Below are positions 34,101 through 46,912 of a stretch of 64,000 nt of DNA, in pieces. A program made the position numbers and the translations under genes. Each line of letters starts with the position of its first letter. The first letter of the stretch is position 1. The notes beneath the pieces were generated by a model, which made no database searches, was not told the origin of the DNA, and worked only from the letters and a program-made list of their open reading frames with translations. This DNA is from Anthoceros angustus. Lineage: Eukaryota; Plantae; Anthocerotophyta. The stretch covers positions 1,550,001-1,614,000 of the forward strand of contig MU008155.1 of the NCBI GenBank assembly GCA_010909165.1, read 5' to 3'.

Positions 34101-36768
34101 AATACACCTTATGAACCAGGTGATACCTTTGTCTTTGTTCCACCTAGGACATCCCTAGCAACTCTAGCTACAAATGCAGCTGCCTCAATACTCGATCCTT
34201 CAGATACACCTGCCACATACAAAGAAGCCCTATCAGGCCCCTACAAAGCTGAATGGCAAAAGGCCATTGATTCAGAATACAATAGCCTCATCACAAATCA
34301 CACTTGGGAGCTGGTGACTTTACCTCCGGATAGACGCCCCATTACATCCAAATAGGTGTTTAAATTGAAGCTAAATCCAGACTGTTGCTCGCTTTAAAGC
34401 TCGCCTAGTGGCCCGGCTATACCAGTTCGTGGTTTGACTATACCAAAACTTTCATCAGGTGAAGCCGACATCTATGCGGATTCTTCTGACATTATGTCAG
34501 AAACACAAGCTCCTTGTCCACCAAATGGACGTTAAAACGGCCTTTTAAACGGAGAACTAAAGGAGACTATTTACATGAATGAACCGGTGATACCTTTGTC
34601 TTTGTTCCACCTAGGACATCCCTAGCAACTCTAGCTACAAATGCAGCTGCCTCAATACTCGATCCTTCAGATACACCTGCCACATACAAAGAAGCCCTAT
34701 CAGGCCCCTACAAAGCTGAATGGCAAAAGGCCATTGATTCAGAATACAATAGCCTCATCACAAATCACACTTGGGAGCTGGTGACTTTACCTCCGGATAG
34801 ACGCCCCATTACATCCAAATAGGTGTTTAAATTGAAGCTAAATCCAGACGGTACGGTTGCTCGCTTTAAAGCTCGCCTAGTGGCCCGGGGCTATACCCAG
34901 GTTCAGGGTTTGGACTATACCAAAACTTTCAGTCCACTGGTGAAGCCGACATCTATGCGGATTCTTCTGTATTATGCTGTAAAACACAAGCTCCTTGTCC
35001 ACCAAATGGACGTTAAAACGGCCTTTTTAAACGGAGAACTAAAGGAGACTATTTACATGAATGAACCGGAAGGCTACATTATAGATCCGACTAAGGTATG
35101 TCACTTACTCAAATCTATATACGGACTGAAACAGTCTGCAAGAATGTGGAATGCAAGAGCTGACAAGAAACTTCGCAAACTTGGGTTCGTACCTCTCACT
35201 GCAGATTGCAGTGTATATGTAATGAAGAGAACCAACCAGCTTTGTATCATTGCAGTGTATGTTGATGATAATTTTCTTTTTGCTAGTGATTCCCACATTT
35301 TGGTAGAAAAGAAAGAAGCCCTGTCACAGGAATGGGACATGACTGATGTAGGTCCTTTGAAGTTTGCTTTGGGCGTTCAGTTTAGCTTTAGCCCTGATAG
35401 GATCTGCGTCACCATCCACCAGGCACACGTCATAAGACAAGCATCATCAAATTCAACCTTTCAGCATTACATCCTGTCACCACCCCTATAGCATCTGGAG
35501 ATAAGTTATCCATAGAGGACTATCCAACCACCCCAACAGACATTGCAGAAATGGCAAAAGTACCCTACAGAGAAGCAATAGGTAGTCTCTTGTACTTATC
35601 TGGTTGGACTCGTCCGGACATCTCCCAAGCTGTAGGTGTAGTGTCTCGTTTCCTCTCAAACCCAGGTCAGAAGCACTGGACCGCTGTCAAAAGAATCCTG
35701 CGTTATTTGACAGGCACACAGGATTTTTCCATGAAATATACTGCTGCTGGAAGTGGTACACTTACTTCTTATTCAGATGCAGACTGGGCTGGCGACGTGG
35801 ATTCGAGAAGTCCATCGCTGCATATTGTCTGCTATTATGTGGATCCGCCATCAGCTGGCAGTCTAAAAAACTTACAACAGTGAGCCTCTCATCAATTGAG
35901 GCGGAATACAGAGCCCTATCACTTGCAACACGTGAAATCATATGGGTCCGTCGGTTCTTGGAGAGCATTCACTGGCAGCAACCGACAGCCACAATATTAG
36001 CATGCGACAATCAGTCAGCGATTGCTCTCACAGCGAATCCTATTCTTCATGCACGATCAAAACACATTGAGATACAGTTCCACTTTATTCGTCAAGCAGT
36101 TGAAACAGGCATGATCCGGCTTCAATATGTGCACACGACAGAGAATGTTGCTGACCTGCTAACTAAGGGTCTTCCTAAGGCTACACACGAGCAGCATTGC
36201 AGCTCATTGGGCTTGACGGGGACATCAACTTATCTGGAAAACAAGCTGCATGCCACAGCCTATGAATTTAGGATTCCGTGCCATTTGGGCATCCACGGAG
36301 AACACATCTCCCGTGTGTTACGCACAACTCAGTTATTGGAGCCAGTCCTGCATCGCCTACACACACGCACATGAATCAGTCCTGGATGAAGCATCAAGGT
36401 AAACAAATCAGGACTCACGGAAACTCTTAGCTTTATCGCCATACCATTGCTGCAAGCATGAGTTACGTCGATCAGCTTGCAGCGGATCTTCACACATGGT
36501 GGATACACGGGTTCTGCACTTCACCTTAATCACCTTGCGGTGAGCATGGGATTTAGGAGGCAATAATACCCAGTAGGCTAGCAGGATCGCTAGGGCAAGC
36601 TCAAACAGTCGAGCGGCGATCAGCCAGCATGCACAAGCCATAGCAAGGGGGCGCGCGTTCAAAGTACGTTCGCGGCACCAAAGCTAACAGTGTGGAGACC
36701 TTTTTTTTTTGCGCTTCACCTCAAGCCTTCCGCTGCGAGTTAAGATTGGCGTTAGGTCTGAGGGGGCG

Positions 36769-36973
36769 TATTAGAATGGCCATTACCTATTTCAGACACT
36801 AACCCAATAACGTTTCGTAATTAAGTTAGGTTAAAACGGTTACAACTCGCTCTTTGTTGATATGCTTCTTTGAACCTCAATGTAGTTATCTTTTACGCCT
36901 ACGCTTGTGCACCTTCGTGCTTTTCGATCATGATGTTGTCTTCGATCAGGCTGGCCACGCCATAACCTCTATA
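36769..36973 (+). repeat. 3' LTR of the Copia element
   Basis: Copy of 30133-30337, preceded by the polypurine tract and followed by the TSD GGCAT. Confidence 0.95.
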
Positions 36974-37589
36974 GGCATATTCGAACCCTTACAAGTGTGT
37001 TAAAGTTGCCAAGCCGACCTCAACTGAGAGCCATTGACCATAAACAAGGACTTGTCTAGACATAGCAAGCCAATCTGTTGTGCAGACCAAAACACCATGC
37101 ACTGAAGAAGATTCACGGACCATGACGAGACGGAAAGTTCTTATGGATGCATCCGCACATGCATTGAACATGCTCAATTCATTGTCCGAGAGGCTTGAAC
37201 ATAGAATAAAAAAAAACTTCTTTTGCTGGGGAGTTTGGTAGGTAAGTACTATTGTTGATAATCTAGGCAAAAACCAACAAATGATGTCCTAGTATGACAG
37301 TGTTGAAGAAAGTGAAGTTGATATTGTTCTTAAAAAGGGTAGGTCATGAGCAAGTTTTTGCACTTTTCAAGGTTTCCATTATAGATTGGACATTGAACTA
37401 ATATCTTGATTCCACTTTGAATATCAATGATAGATGGATAAATACTGTACAAATTTTGTTACACTTCCTTGCAAATGATATGGCATGGTGAACCCACCGA
37501 TACTTTGTATGTCCCACTATGGTACATCCGTTCCCAGTTTCCGATGGATCTAAATTAATAGAGGTTATAGATTATAAAAGGCGGCCTCC

Positions 37590-38304
37590 GCATAAACATA
37601 TACTATTTTTATTGTCTCCACGCGATGCTGGATGGCTAGTGAAAGTCGGGAACTTGTTGCATACTACGGCTCTCAATGTGGACTAAGTGTTTAGAGATGG
37701 GATGCACTAAGAGACTTCAAGGAACTTCTTCATGATTACACGTGCTTGAGGTGTTCCAAAGTGTGTCACAACAATGTTTCGCACTTCAATCACAATCTTA
37801 TGCCGGCACATAGGCTGAAGCCATTGCCTCTGAAGAAGAAGGATCATCAGCATGACGAACTACTTCTTCCAAAAATCACCAATCCAATTGGGCTGAAGAT
37901 GCACCAAACTGAGAAGAGGCGCAAAACCGAATGAGAGAAGCTTGTGCATAAACATATACTATTTTTATTGTCTCCACGCGATGCCGGATGGCTAGTGAAA
38001 GTCGGGAACTTGTTGCATACTACGGCTCTCAATGTGGACTAAGTGTTTAGAGATGGGATGCACTAAGAGACTTCAAGGAACTTCTTCATGATTACACGTG
38101 CTTGAGGTGTTCCAAAGTGTGTCACAACAATGTTTCGCACTTCAATCACAATCTTATGCCGGCACATAGGCTGAAGCCATTGCCTCTGAAGAAGAAGGAT
38201 CATCAGCATGACGAACTACTTCTTCCAAAAATCACCAATCCAATTGGGCTGAAGATGCACCAAACTGAGAAGAGGCGTGCAAAAACTGAATGAGAGAAGC
38301 TTGT
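37590..38304. repeat. Near-perfect 356-bp tandem duplication
   Basis: 37590-37945 is repeated at 37946-~38304. The duplicated small ORFs 37746 and 38102 are offset by exactly 356. Confidence 0.93.
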
Positions 38305-41300
38305 ACAGATAAACAAGGAATAAGGTGCACCAACCAAGGAGTGAAATGTTCATAAATAAATGTTTGTTTTCCTTAGAGCATGTTTGGGGAAGAACTAAGA
38401 AATTTAACATAACTTGGAAATGCGTATGCGCGAACGATCCAAGGACCAACCCAAGGGTAAATAATGCAACCCTAATCATTGTCATAATTTCTATGTACTG
38501 GGATAACGGGATATCCCGGGGTTGACGGAACGGACCGCGGGGATAACAAAACGCCGTGATAACTATCACGGAATGACCGACGTCCACGAGGATGGTAATG
38601 GATAAGTTTAAGATTACGAGACAAAAGTGCTGGCAAAAGAAAGACCGACATGTTAGTGTATATGTGTATTTAGGGACTGAACTCAAGCCTATTAAATACT
38701 AGCACGGCCAAGGGCTGCCATGTTTGGTGGTGTGAATCAACGTCCTTGCTTAGGCTGCTAGGCTGTTTCATTCTAGATCCCTACATTTTGCACTTAATCT
38801 TTCATTCTAGATCCCTACATTTTGTACTTAATTTGCCTTCATAATGCCACCAGGAGACTCGGGGCCAAGACAATGAAGAAATCCAGCCTGCAGATGCACC
38901 AACCCCACCACCAGCCATTGTGAGCAGTGCATATGAGTTGCACTCTACCTCGGCCTGCACTGGCCTACGGATCCCTTGGCAGTTTCCTAGATCATGACTC
39001 ACTCACGACTTCTCCACTAAAGGCTTTTACCCTTGTTCAAACACCGGGTTTTGCAACAGTCGTCGCATTCCCTAGCCTTCCTGGAGCACACAAAACATGG
39101 CTAGGATGCGGCTAGCACTCCACAAAGAAAGAATATCGTCAAACAAGTTGCTTGTTGCCTCTTCATACTCAACCAGTTGAATCCTTCTTACCCGAGCTTT
39201 CAGCGCTGGCATGCTTCATCTCTTCAAGAAGCCTATCATCATGCCATGTTGGCGAATATAGTGAATGAATCTTCTAGCGGATGTGCTGCCACTGGCATCT
39301 AGCTTATGCACGAAAAGCATTGGAGGACCAATTTGTGGAAGCTTCTATACATATATAATAATAATAAAAACTCATTAAAAATAAATATTAAGACGCAAGC
39401 TGACGACACACTTCAAAGTAGGCTGCCGTATCCGGGATGGACGGAAAGTTATTGGATTCGTATTTAGCACGAGACGAAGAGCAGGTATGTACGAGGGCAA
39501 AATGCCTAGCATGGTCAACTTTCGGTTGCGGCCACATGTCTAAAAGGGGATGTGATTGTTGCTTTTGGGTTTGCCCCACCCAATCCACAATGGTTGGCGA
39601 GCGCCGTTGCCTAAAGGCTGAATTATTCCTCAAAAGGTGTGCGAGCCCGCAAAACCAAGCGCGCATGCTCCTTTGTGTCCTGGACACCCAACAGTTTATC
39701 GGCAACGTGATAATTGTACATAAGGAATGTTGCGATGGGGGGGATCTTCCCCAGGGACGGGGCCTGAGGCCGGCTGTGGCAGGTGGCTACCCCGATGTGG
39801 GATCCGGTAATTATTGGCGTGTTTGTGCGGTTGCGCTTTATTTTACAGCGTCGAATTTCGTTCTGCGTTTGGAAGGAGGACATGTCCATCCACCAGGGGG
39901 GGAATCTGGGGTAGTCAACCAATGGCGCCGTGGGTTTGCGATTGCACGATCATTCCCCACCAATTATGCGCTGTGTACTAAGCGGATGCACTGTATGTAC
40001 ATCCTGTAACAAGGGAGGGAGAACGAAATCCATGGCGGTGAAGGATGGTACTTACCCTGAGAGAAATCCCCTTCCTGGCGGGTACTTTGCGCCCAATGCG
40101 TTCCCGACACATCCCTACAACGCACTCCAGTGGCTCCCTCGATTTGACGTGAATAAAGAATGGCAGAAGGTGCGTGGAACGGTCAAAGGAGAGTAGCAGG
40201 GCCCCACGAGTTCGGGCGCCAAGCTGCTCTGCTTCCCCGGGTCAGCTCGGCTCCTCCGGCAGATGGAATATGTTAAAGATAGCGGAGCCGCTGCCGAAAT
40301 GGGAGGATGTGGATCTGACGAGTGACCACCGAAGCGGCTGCTGCTGCAGAGTGCGGAGTGGCCGCATGATGCATGTCGTCACGCCACCTTGCCAAGGGCG
40401 TCGCCCATGGCACGTCTTGGGTCCTGGTGAGCTGCTGTGGCCACATGGACGCGCGTGGTGGGTCGTCAGACCTCCCCAACCGGACTGCGTAATGGCGCCG
40501 TATCTTCAAGTATCCTGAGGGCCCGCCCAGGGGCACCGGGCAACGAAGCCAAGGGGATGTGAAGGGAGCTCTACTCTCTCTAGATCCTTGGCTAAGCGCC
40601 GGACGAAACTGGGACTCTGCTGGAGCCGGTCTTGCGCTTTGGAGTTGGGAACTGTTTGGAGTCTTGGGACACACGGGGCTGATAAGCCATGCCAGCCGTG
40701 GCCTCCTGCTGCTGTAAGATATCAGGGCATCGAACCGTGAGACAAATCCACGCACTGCTCGATGCGGATTTCGTTCTCGGCAGTGCGCACTTACCTGACA
40801 AGAAGCGACACCGAGGTATGGTTGCCAACGATTTCAGCCAAGCAGCTGCACTCTGCTGTGGTACAGAGTAGGGAACGAGGCTCTAACAACCCGAGAACCG
40901 GACCCACCTTTAGCAGGGAAGAATCATGTCAGACAGGAAGGAATCGTGCTCAAAACTTTCTCGTGTTTCGTCAACCAGGGGATTGCCCCTGGAGAATCCA
41001 AGCCTCGTTTGGAACAGCAACGCACAGTGAACTTAAATGTATCTAGCAATTTTCCATCAACAGCATCCAGCAATAGTGTGAGAACTTTAAAAGACACACT
41101 GTGGAAGCCAGGGTGTGCCTGCATGCACCACGATTGTTTGAGAACTTAAAAAAAAACAAGACACCGTGCCTGCATGCACGACAGTTGTTTGAGAACTTGA
41201 AAAAAAAAGGACACGCAGTGGAGATCAGGGTATGTCTGCAGGCAGATTCCCAACAAGATGTTAGCAGTTGCTGCTAAGGGAAGGGAAACGTGGCAAGAAA

Positions 41301-41930
41301 AAACGTCCAACGAAATTAGTGCATGCTCCCCCGTGTCTCAGATAGATACTTGACTGTCAGCAATGCATCAGCTTGCGGGCAAATCGTCACCTGTGGACCC
41401 TCACTCAAGTCTTCCGCGTCACTGGCAGTGGAAGTGCTAAAATTTTTGACGTGGGGAGAGCATAAAATATGTCAAATAGGGAGAAGGGCCCCAGGCCTTG
41501 TTCCCATGTTTGAAGGGGACCGCGCACCTTCCGAACAACCCCGCCAGGTAGGCACTCCCTCACAATTCACGTTGTTCAGGAATCTGGCGGAACATCGATA
41601 GAAAAATTGTCTGCAACCCGCACTTGAACAATGACTAGGTATCTACCAGCTTCCACCCGTTTGCAGGTGCTTTTACAGCTTAGTCCCAACGGCAGCAGGG
41701 GACTTGGTCACGACCACATTTGTCAAGAGGGTGACAGTAGAGACGGCGAGCATGATCCCCACTTGTAATAATAAGTGGGGGAGGGAAGCCCGTGCTGGTC
41801 GCTGCGTCCTCTATCACACACCTCAAGGAAGTCGAAATGGATGTCAAGCTGATATCTTGAAAACCATTTGCACCTGGAAGGCTTCTGTGATGAAGCCAAT
41901 GGCATAAAATGGCTGCAGAACCACTTCACC

Positions 41931-43310
41931 TCATTCCCAAACTGCATCTTCGTCCTCAGGAAGGGGGGGTCTCAAAACAACTACAACTTTCCCGAATGTC
42001 TTTGGGTTTGTGACAGCTGCTTTGGAGCCTAACCGCAGAGCCAAGCGCTGGTTTTCCTCTACCAGAAAGTAAGCATCTTCCTCCAGATCGACGTTTCCCT
42101 TGTCCACCACCAACAAAACAGGCTCGTTCCTGCCCTTCCTTGTAACGGTCCCCGGAGATGACCCCACATCTAAAACAGTTGCATCAGGGAACACCACAGC
42201 AATGGGAGCCCGGGACGTCACGACAGAGGACCATCCTGGAAGAGCGAGCCATGACTTCCACGCAGGTTGTGCACCGTAAACGTTAAAGGGACCATCACCA
42301 AAAGCTCCAACCAGAGGAGCTTTTTCCACAGACGCCAGGTCAGTAGCTGCAGGCAGTATAACAGGCAGGGGAGAGTTTTCCGCATCCTGTTTACTAGGAA
42401 GCCTCACCACCTGTAACCTAGCCCTAACGGCCTCCTCCCGCACGGATGACTCCGGAGCTGCTTCCAACCCTAGGGCTCCCCTCAGCTTGCTCCGTGCAGA
42501 TTCAGAAACGGCATAGCTGAGCCCCTTGCTGATCAGGCTCTCTTTCTCAGCATCGGATCTCACCTCCTTGCTCTGACGGTAACAAGCGAAGGCAAGACAG
42601 TCCCCCGGCCGGCCGTTGTTGAAGGCTCCCCACCCTTCCTCCCTCTTCCTCCTATCGTAGTCCTTCACAGCCCGGGCCAGCTCCTTGGCCTCTTTAGGGT
42701 CCATCCTTCTCTCCACGATCAACTCCGCCGAAGCCTTCCTCTGATCCGTGGACAGAATTCTGAGCTCGTACAGCAGCTCTGCCCCTCCCACATCGAAGAA
42801 ATTCAGCACCTCCGCGCCCATTCCCCCGGCTATGAGCGACAGCCGCACCTGGGACGCCCCCACGATCATGTTCTGCTCCACCCCGGTCACCCCGGTGGCC
42901 TCATCGATCTGCGTCGGGGTGTAGCCCGCCCGGGTGAGGAAGGGGACGACCAGCGCGTACTCGTGCCACAGCCCCCGCCTCTCCCTCAGGATCTGCAGCT
43001 GCTCCTCCGGGGACGCGGTACCCGGAGCAGGCAGGTTGGTGACCGGGGGCCGGAAGGGCTGGTACACGTCCTTCCCCCCTGCTGCTGCGCACACCCATCG
43101 CGCGCATCTCTGCCTTCCGCTGCCGCTCAGATCTGCACACGACGATGCGGCACCGAATCGTGCCGCCTGCGCTTGGCCGCTGCACAGGCTGAGAAAGGGA
43201 GGCGCGCAAGAGCTCCTGACGACGCTAGGGCTCCTGCACTTCCAGCCCTCGAAATGCTGGCAGATCGCCGCGGCACATCCGGGACCGGCAAGGCTGGCCT
43301 CCATGGCCAT
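41931..43310 (-). CDS. RAF1: Rubisco accumulation factor 1, chloroplastic, intronless, 459 aa
   Basis: Transit peptide, then YQPFRPP, LRERRGLWHEYA, IDEATGVTGVEQN..VGASQVR.SL, LYELRILS..QR, ELARAVKD, and C-terminal VVVVLRPP....DE..WE. Confidence 0.95.
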   Translation of the reverse strand: MAMEASLAGPGCAAAICQHFEGWKCRSPSVVRSSCAPPFLSLCSGQAQAARFGAASSCADLSGSGRQRCARWVCAAAGGKDVYQPFRPPVTNLPAPGTASPEEQLQILRERRGLWHEYALVVPFLTRAGYTPTQIDEATGVTGVEQNMIVGASQVRLSLIAGGMGAEVLNFFDVGGAELLYELRILSTDQRKASAELIVERRMDPKEAKELARAVKDYDRRKREEGWGAFNNGRPGDCLAFACYRQSKEVRSDAEKESLISKGLSYAVSESARSKLRGALGLEAAPESSVREEAVRARLQVVRLPSKQDAENSPLPVILPAATDLASVEKAPLVGAFGDGPFNVYGAQPAWKSWLALPGWSSVVTSRAPIAVVFPDATVLDVGSSPGTVTRKGRNEPVLLVVDKGNVDLEEDAYFLVEENQRLALRLGSKAAVTNPKTFGKVVVVLRPPLPEDEDAVWE

Positions 43311-43622
43311 CTCTCAGAGCGCCTCCTCCAGCAAGCCCCGATGCAGAGAACGTAACGCCGGGCCCGGCACAGTGCAACGCTTCGGCATCGTGCCCAAAAT
43401 CGTCTTGAAACATTGCATTTACATTATCCGTATATATCTACATACATACATATACACTCGACGGGTGTGTCGTGACGCTTGCTCCATCGTTATCCTGAAA
43501 TCGTGAGATTTGTTTGGAATCGATGCCTCTCGCGACATCGCTTTCGGCTCAACATGGTTTCAATTCTGGCACGTCAAATGTTGTCCTGGCACTTCGGCCT
43601 TAGAGAAGCTGTGGATTGGAAT

Positions 43623-46284
43623 CTAGACGAGCTCGACATCTGGATGGCTATGGCCACCATTGGATTGCGGAAGACGGGAGGGTGACACGGTCACAGGGTT
43701 GTGCACTTTGGTGGGTCGTGAAATGTCAGTGGCAATGGTATCGGCACTATGAGTATCAATGACGCTGGCCCAGCGCGGCACTGCATAGCTGCGCCGTACA
43801 ACCAGCAACCAGCCGACGATGGCCAGGGCAGTGGTCACAGCCAGGGTTAGAAACAAGATCCAGATGGACCGCAGAGCGGCCTTTACCTGCGGGCATTGTT
43901 GCTGGATGGCGGAGAAGGCATCAAGAACGAAAGAGCAATTGGCCAAGACCTGGATCGCGGGGACATCTTCCGTCACCAGAGTCTGCAGTCCGGAACAGAG
44001 GAGAACCGTCGCGTTGTACTGTTCTGGAGTCACCATCTGGAGTCTCAAAGCGCACGCAATCGGGTCCGGGTCGTGGCACACGAATGGCGCAAGCACCTGC
44101 CATATGGGGAGTTGCTGTCAGAGCACGGACTTCATTCATGGGCGGCCATCATCTGGGGGAAGGGAGGAGACGGCACTTACCTCGGGCAAGTTCCCGATAG
44201 GGACTGTGTTCGGTGGACAGGATGGTGTCATGGTGGTTAGACTCAGGGTTGAGTGGTTTGCGTTTGCAAAGGGGTCGCACACAGTAGGGAAGCCGGGGCC
44301 AAAGTCGATGCCGAGGTCGCGTTGAGCGATGGCAAAGCTGTCGTTTATCTGAAGAGAGGAGCCACAAGAAGAGGGATCGGTAAACAGTGCGGAGCAGCTG
44401 CGTACGTGGAGGAGAGATACTTACATCCCACACGATTATACCCAGCTCATCCTGAAGTTGGCTTAATTCTTCCACAGATTCTCCCTGTAGCTTGCGGCAA
44501 GGAATAATGGGTTCCAGTGTAGTGCTTTCCGGGTATTGCTGGTATTCTTTCAGAGCTGTGCAAACGTCAGCTGCAACACTGCATCCACAAGAGACAAACG
44601 GGGTGAGGTGAGTTATGATCAACCGTTGGAGTGTAGACACCTTTGTTGCTTGCAAGGTGGAAGTCATCCCTGGAGAGGTACTCACTTGTCGACAACCAAG
44701 TATATTGCAGATGACAGCCATACGAGTAGGGTGAATAGCCAGCAGATGAGCGTGACCCTGCCAGTTCACACACTGTAAGATGACGTACCAGGCCACTACT
44801 ACTGCCGGTGATCAGGATGGGGCACAAAGGTAAAATGTTTGAGAACTGTTACCACAACAACGTATGACCTACTTTGCGAAACCTGAAAAGCATTACGCCA
44901 AGCACTGCAGCTCACAAGAAGAATGAGAAGCAAGTCAGTCTCACAAATGGCGGGGATGGGAACGTGCGGTGCAGTGCTGTTTGACTCCAAAAGTACATAC
45001 ATACCAAGGCCAAGGAAGAGCAGGGCAACCTCCACAGCCGAGATAACGTACAGAGTGATGTTCCTGCAGCCACGGAATCATCAATACGGCTTCTGCTGTA
45101 CGAGGAAAAAGACAACCTGCCTACGGGCACCGAACAAGGAAAACAACGGACAGAGGTGGTTTTGTAGCTTACATGGGTTTGAGGACTTTTCTCATCATCT
45201 TCAAAACTTGTGACACCTCACGTTGGACCGAGCCTGCTTCCTTGTTGATGTCGGTCAAGTCTGAAGTATCCCCATAGTCTTCGTCCAAGGAGATGCCCAG
45301 CGAGCTGGTGTTGACTTGCATTAGTGAAGAAAGATGCGATGTGATATTGGTGACAGCCAGCGTAGCTGTTTCGGTTGTGTTGTAGATGATGTCCTCCACC
45401 TTCCTCATGTCCTTCTGGAAGTTCATGTTGTTATGGACTAGCATCCCCAGGAGTCCTCTGCAAGTTAATTGCCTCAAAGCTCAGGTGCAGGCAGAAATAA
45501 TCCGAGTCTTGCCATATCCAAGAACACTGAACTGCAACAGCAAATTCAGTCAAGACAGTGACTCACACCGATATCAGAGCCACAGCTGCGGCCAGCGAAA
45601 GAGCTCCCCCGCCATGAACAGCTGGTAAACCCCTTGCTCCAACCCGTTTCCTGAGCAAGCGCTCCCTCCACCAAATCGCGGGTATCCCAACAAGAATCCA
45701 TACTACGCCTAGAGACACCAGAGTGATACCTGTGAAGACAACAGACTGCCCGCGTTCCACATCCGATCAGTACCAGTATCAGCACCGAACCGAATTCTGC
45801 CTCACGCTGGCCATCACAATTGCTGTCAACATACCGCCCAGTAGTGCTTGTTCTTGACATCAAATCCCCCTCTATATTTTTTAAGCTTGTCAAACGGGTC
45901 TGGGCGATCCCCACGCACAGCCAAAGGCCGGCTCGAATTGTCCGGCACCTGAAGCGCCTCCCTTCTTCCCAATCCCGCCACCTCCCGCCCGCCATGCCGA
46001 TTCCACACCCGGTCAGAGCGCAACCCTGCGTCTGAGCCTAGCACAAACCCTGAAGTCCCCGGATTGTGCTCCCGGCCCGCTGTAATCGCATGGCGAGCGG
46101 CACCTGGACCACCCCCACCGCCATCCGGATCGTGGTGAATTCGCAGCTGCTGCTCAAGAGAAAAAATCCTGCCCGAGTCGCCTCCAAAAGCATGAATCCG
46201 TTCCACGCCACTGCACACGCTAGCAAGCAAAGGCAACACTCCCAATACAATCCATCTCATCAATCCCATGACTCCCTTGCCCAA
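43623..46284 (-). CDS. Plant tweety-like multi-pass membrane protein, multi-exon
   Basis: Signal-peptide-like start, RPDPFDKLKKYRGGFDVKNKHYWA|SVVFTG, TM segments, ADVCTAL..YQQYP..TTLEPIIPC, Cys-rich extracellular segment (NCSFV..AF..I...CP), final TM. GT-AG junctions are phase-consistent where checked. Confidence 0.85.
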
Positions 46285-46912
46285 GCTCTCTTCTCAAAGG
46301 CTCCAGAAGCAGCAGCCAACTACTCGTGTCATGGTCCAGAGACGGCGATTGTGAAACGCATAAATGAATTCCGCGCTTTATTTAATCCCTCACACCATAC
46401 TTTTACCAAATCGGTCGCTGCCTGCGGACCACTGCTCGGCTCAGCGCCCGCCATCAACCTGCCCGTACCCGAGCAGTGGTGTCCACTGTCGGGCCCGCTA
46501 GAGAGGAAACAACCAGGGAACGATACTTCCACGTCCAGTCGAAGCCCGCCTCTGAAATTCTGAGTTCCTAAAAGCAGTGGGCGCTCATTGCAAACTTAGT
46601 CAAGGAGCAGCAGCAATTATACAGGCGTGGCGCATCAGAAGCCGTGAACCTGCACAGTCCGAGCGCGGTCGGCGCAACTACAGGCTCCGCGTGATTGCGA
46701 GCCAACAACCGCGAGACGCCCCCGATCGGGGTCCTCGAGGACTCTACAACGACGCTAAGAAGGTGACCAGGAAGATGGCCAGGCGGTGGGACGAGGCATG
46801 TGCGGGGCGGGAGGTCTCGGTCTCGAGCCTGGAGCCGGACAGGACAATATGCGAGAAGGACGCTAGTCGTCCAACATCCCCGTCTAGAAGGATCGCGCAT
46901 GAGTTTCTCACG

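Larger units (their letters stand above)
30133..36973 (-). mobile_element. Structurally complete but degenerate Ty1/Copia LTR retrotransposon (6.84 kb; element sense is the + strand)
   Basis: Two 205-bp LTRs, 5-bp TSD GGCAT (30128-30132 and 36974-36978), PBS TGGTATCAGAGC (30338-30349), PPT-like CTGAGGGGGCG before the 3' LTR. Order on + strand: gag (FNGSDYPIW..M), zinc knuckle (C.WC...GH), protease (WFLDSGATHH), integrase, RT (KARLVARG, HQMDVKTAFLNG, YVDD), RNase H (CDNQSAI, HARSKHIEIQFHF). Many frameshifts and stops. Confidence 0.96.

Noticed and set aside
40560-40572. TGAAGGGAGCTC partial miR319/159 match
   Set aside because: The 5' seed does not match and there is no complementary arm nearby.
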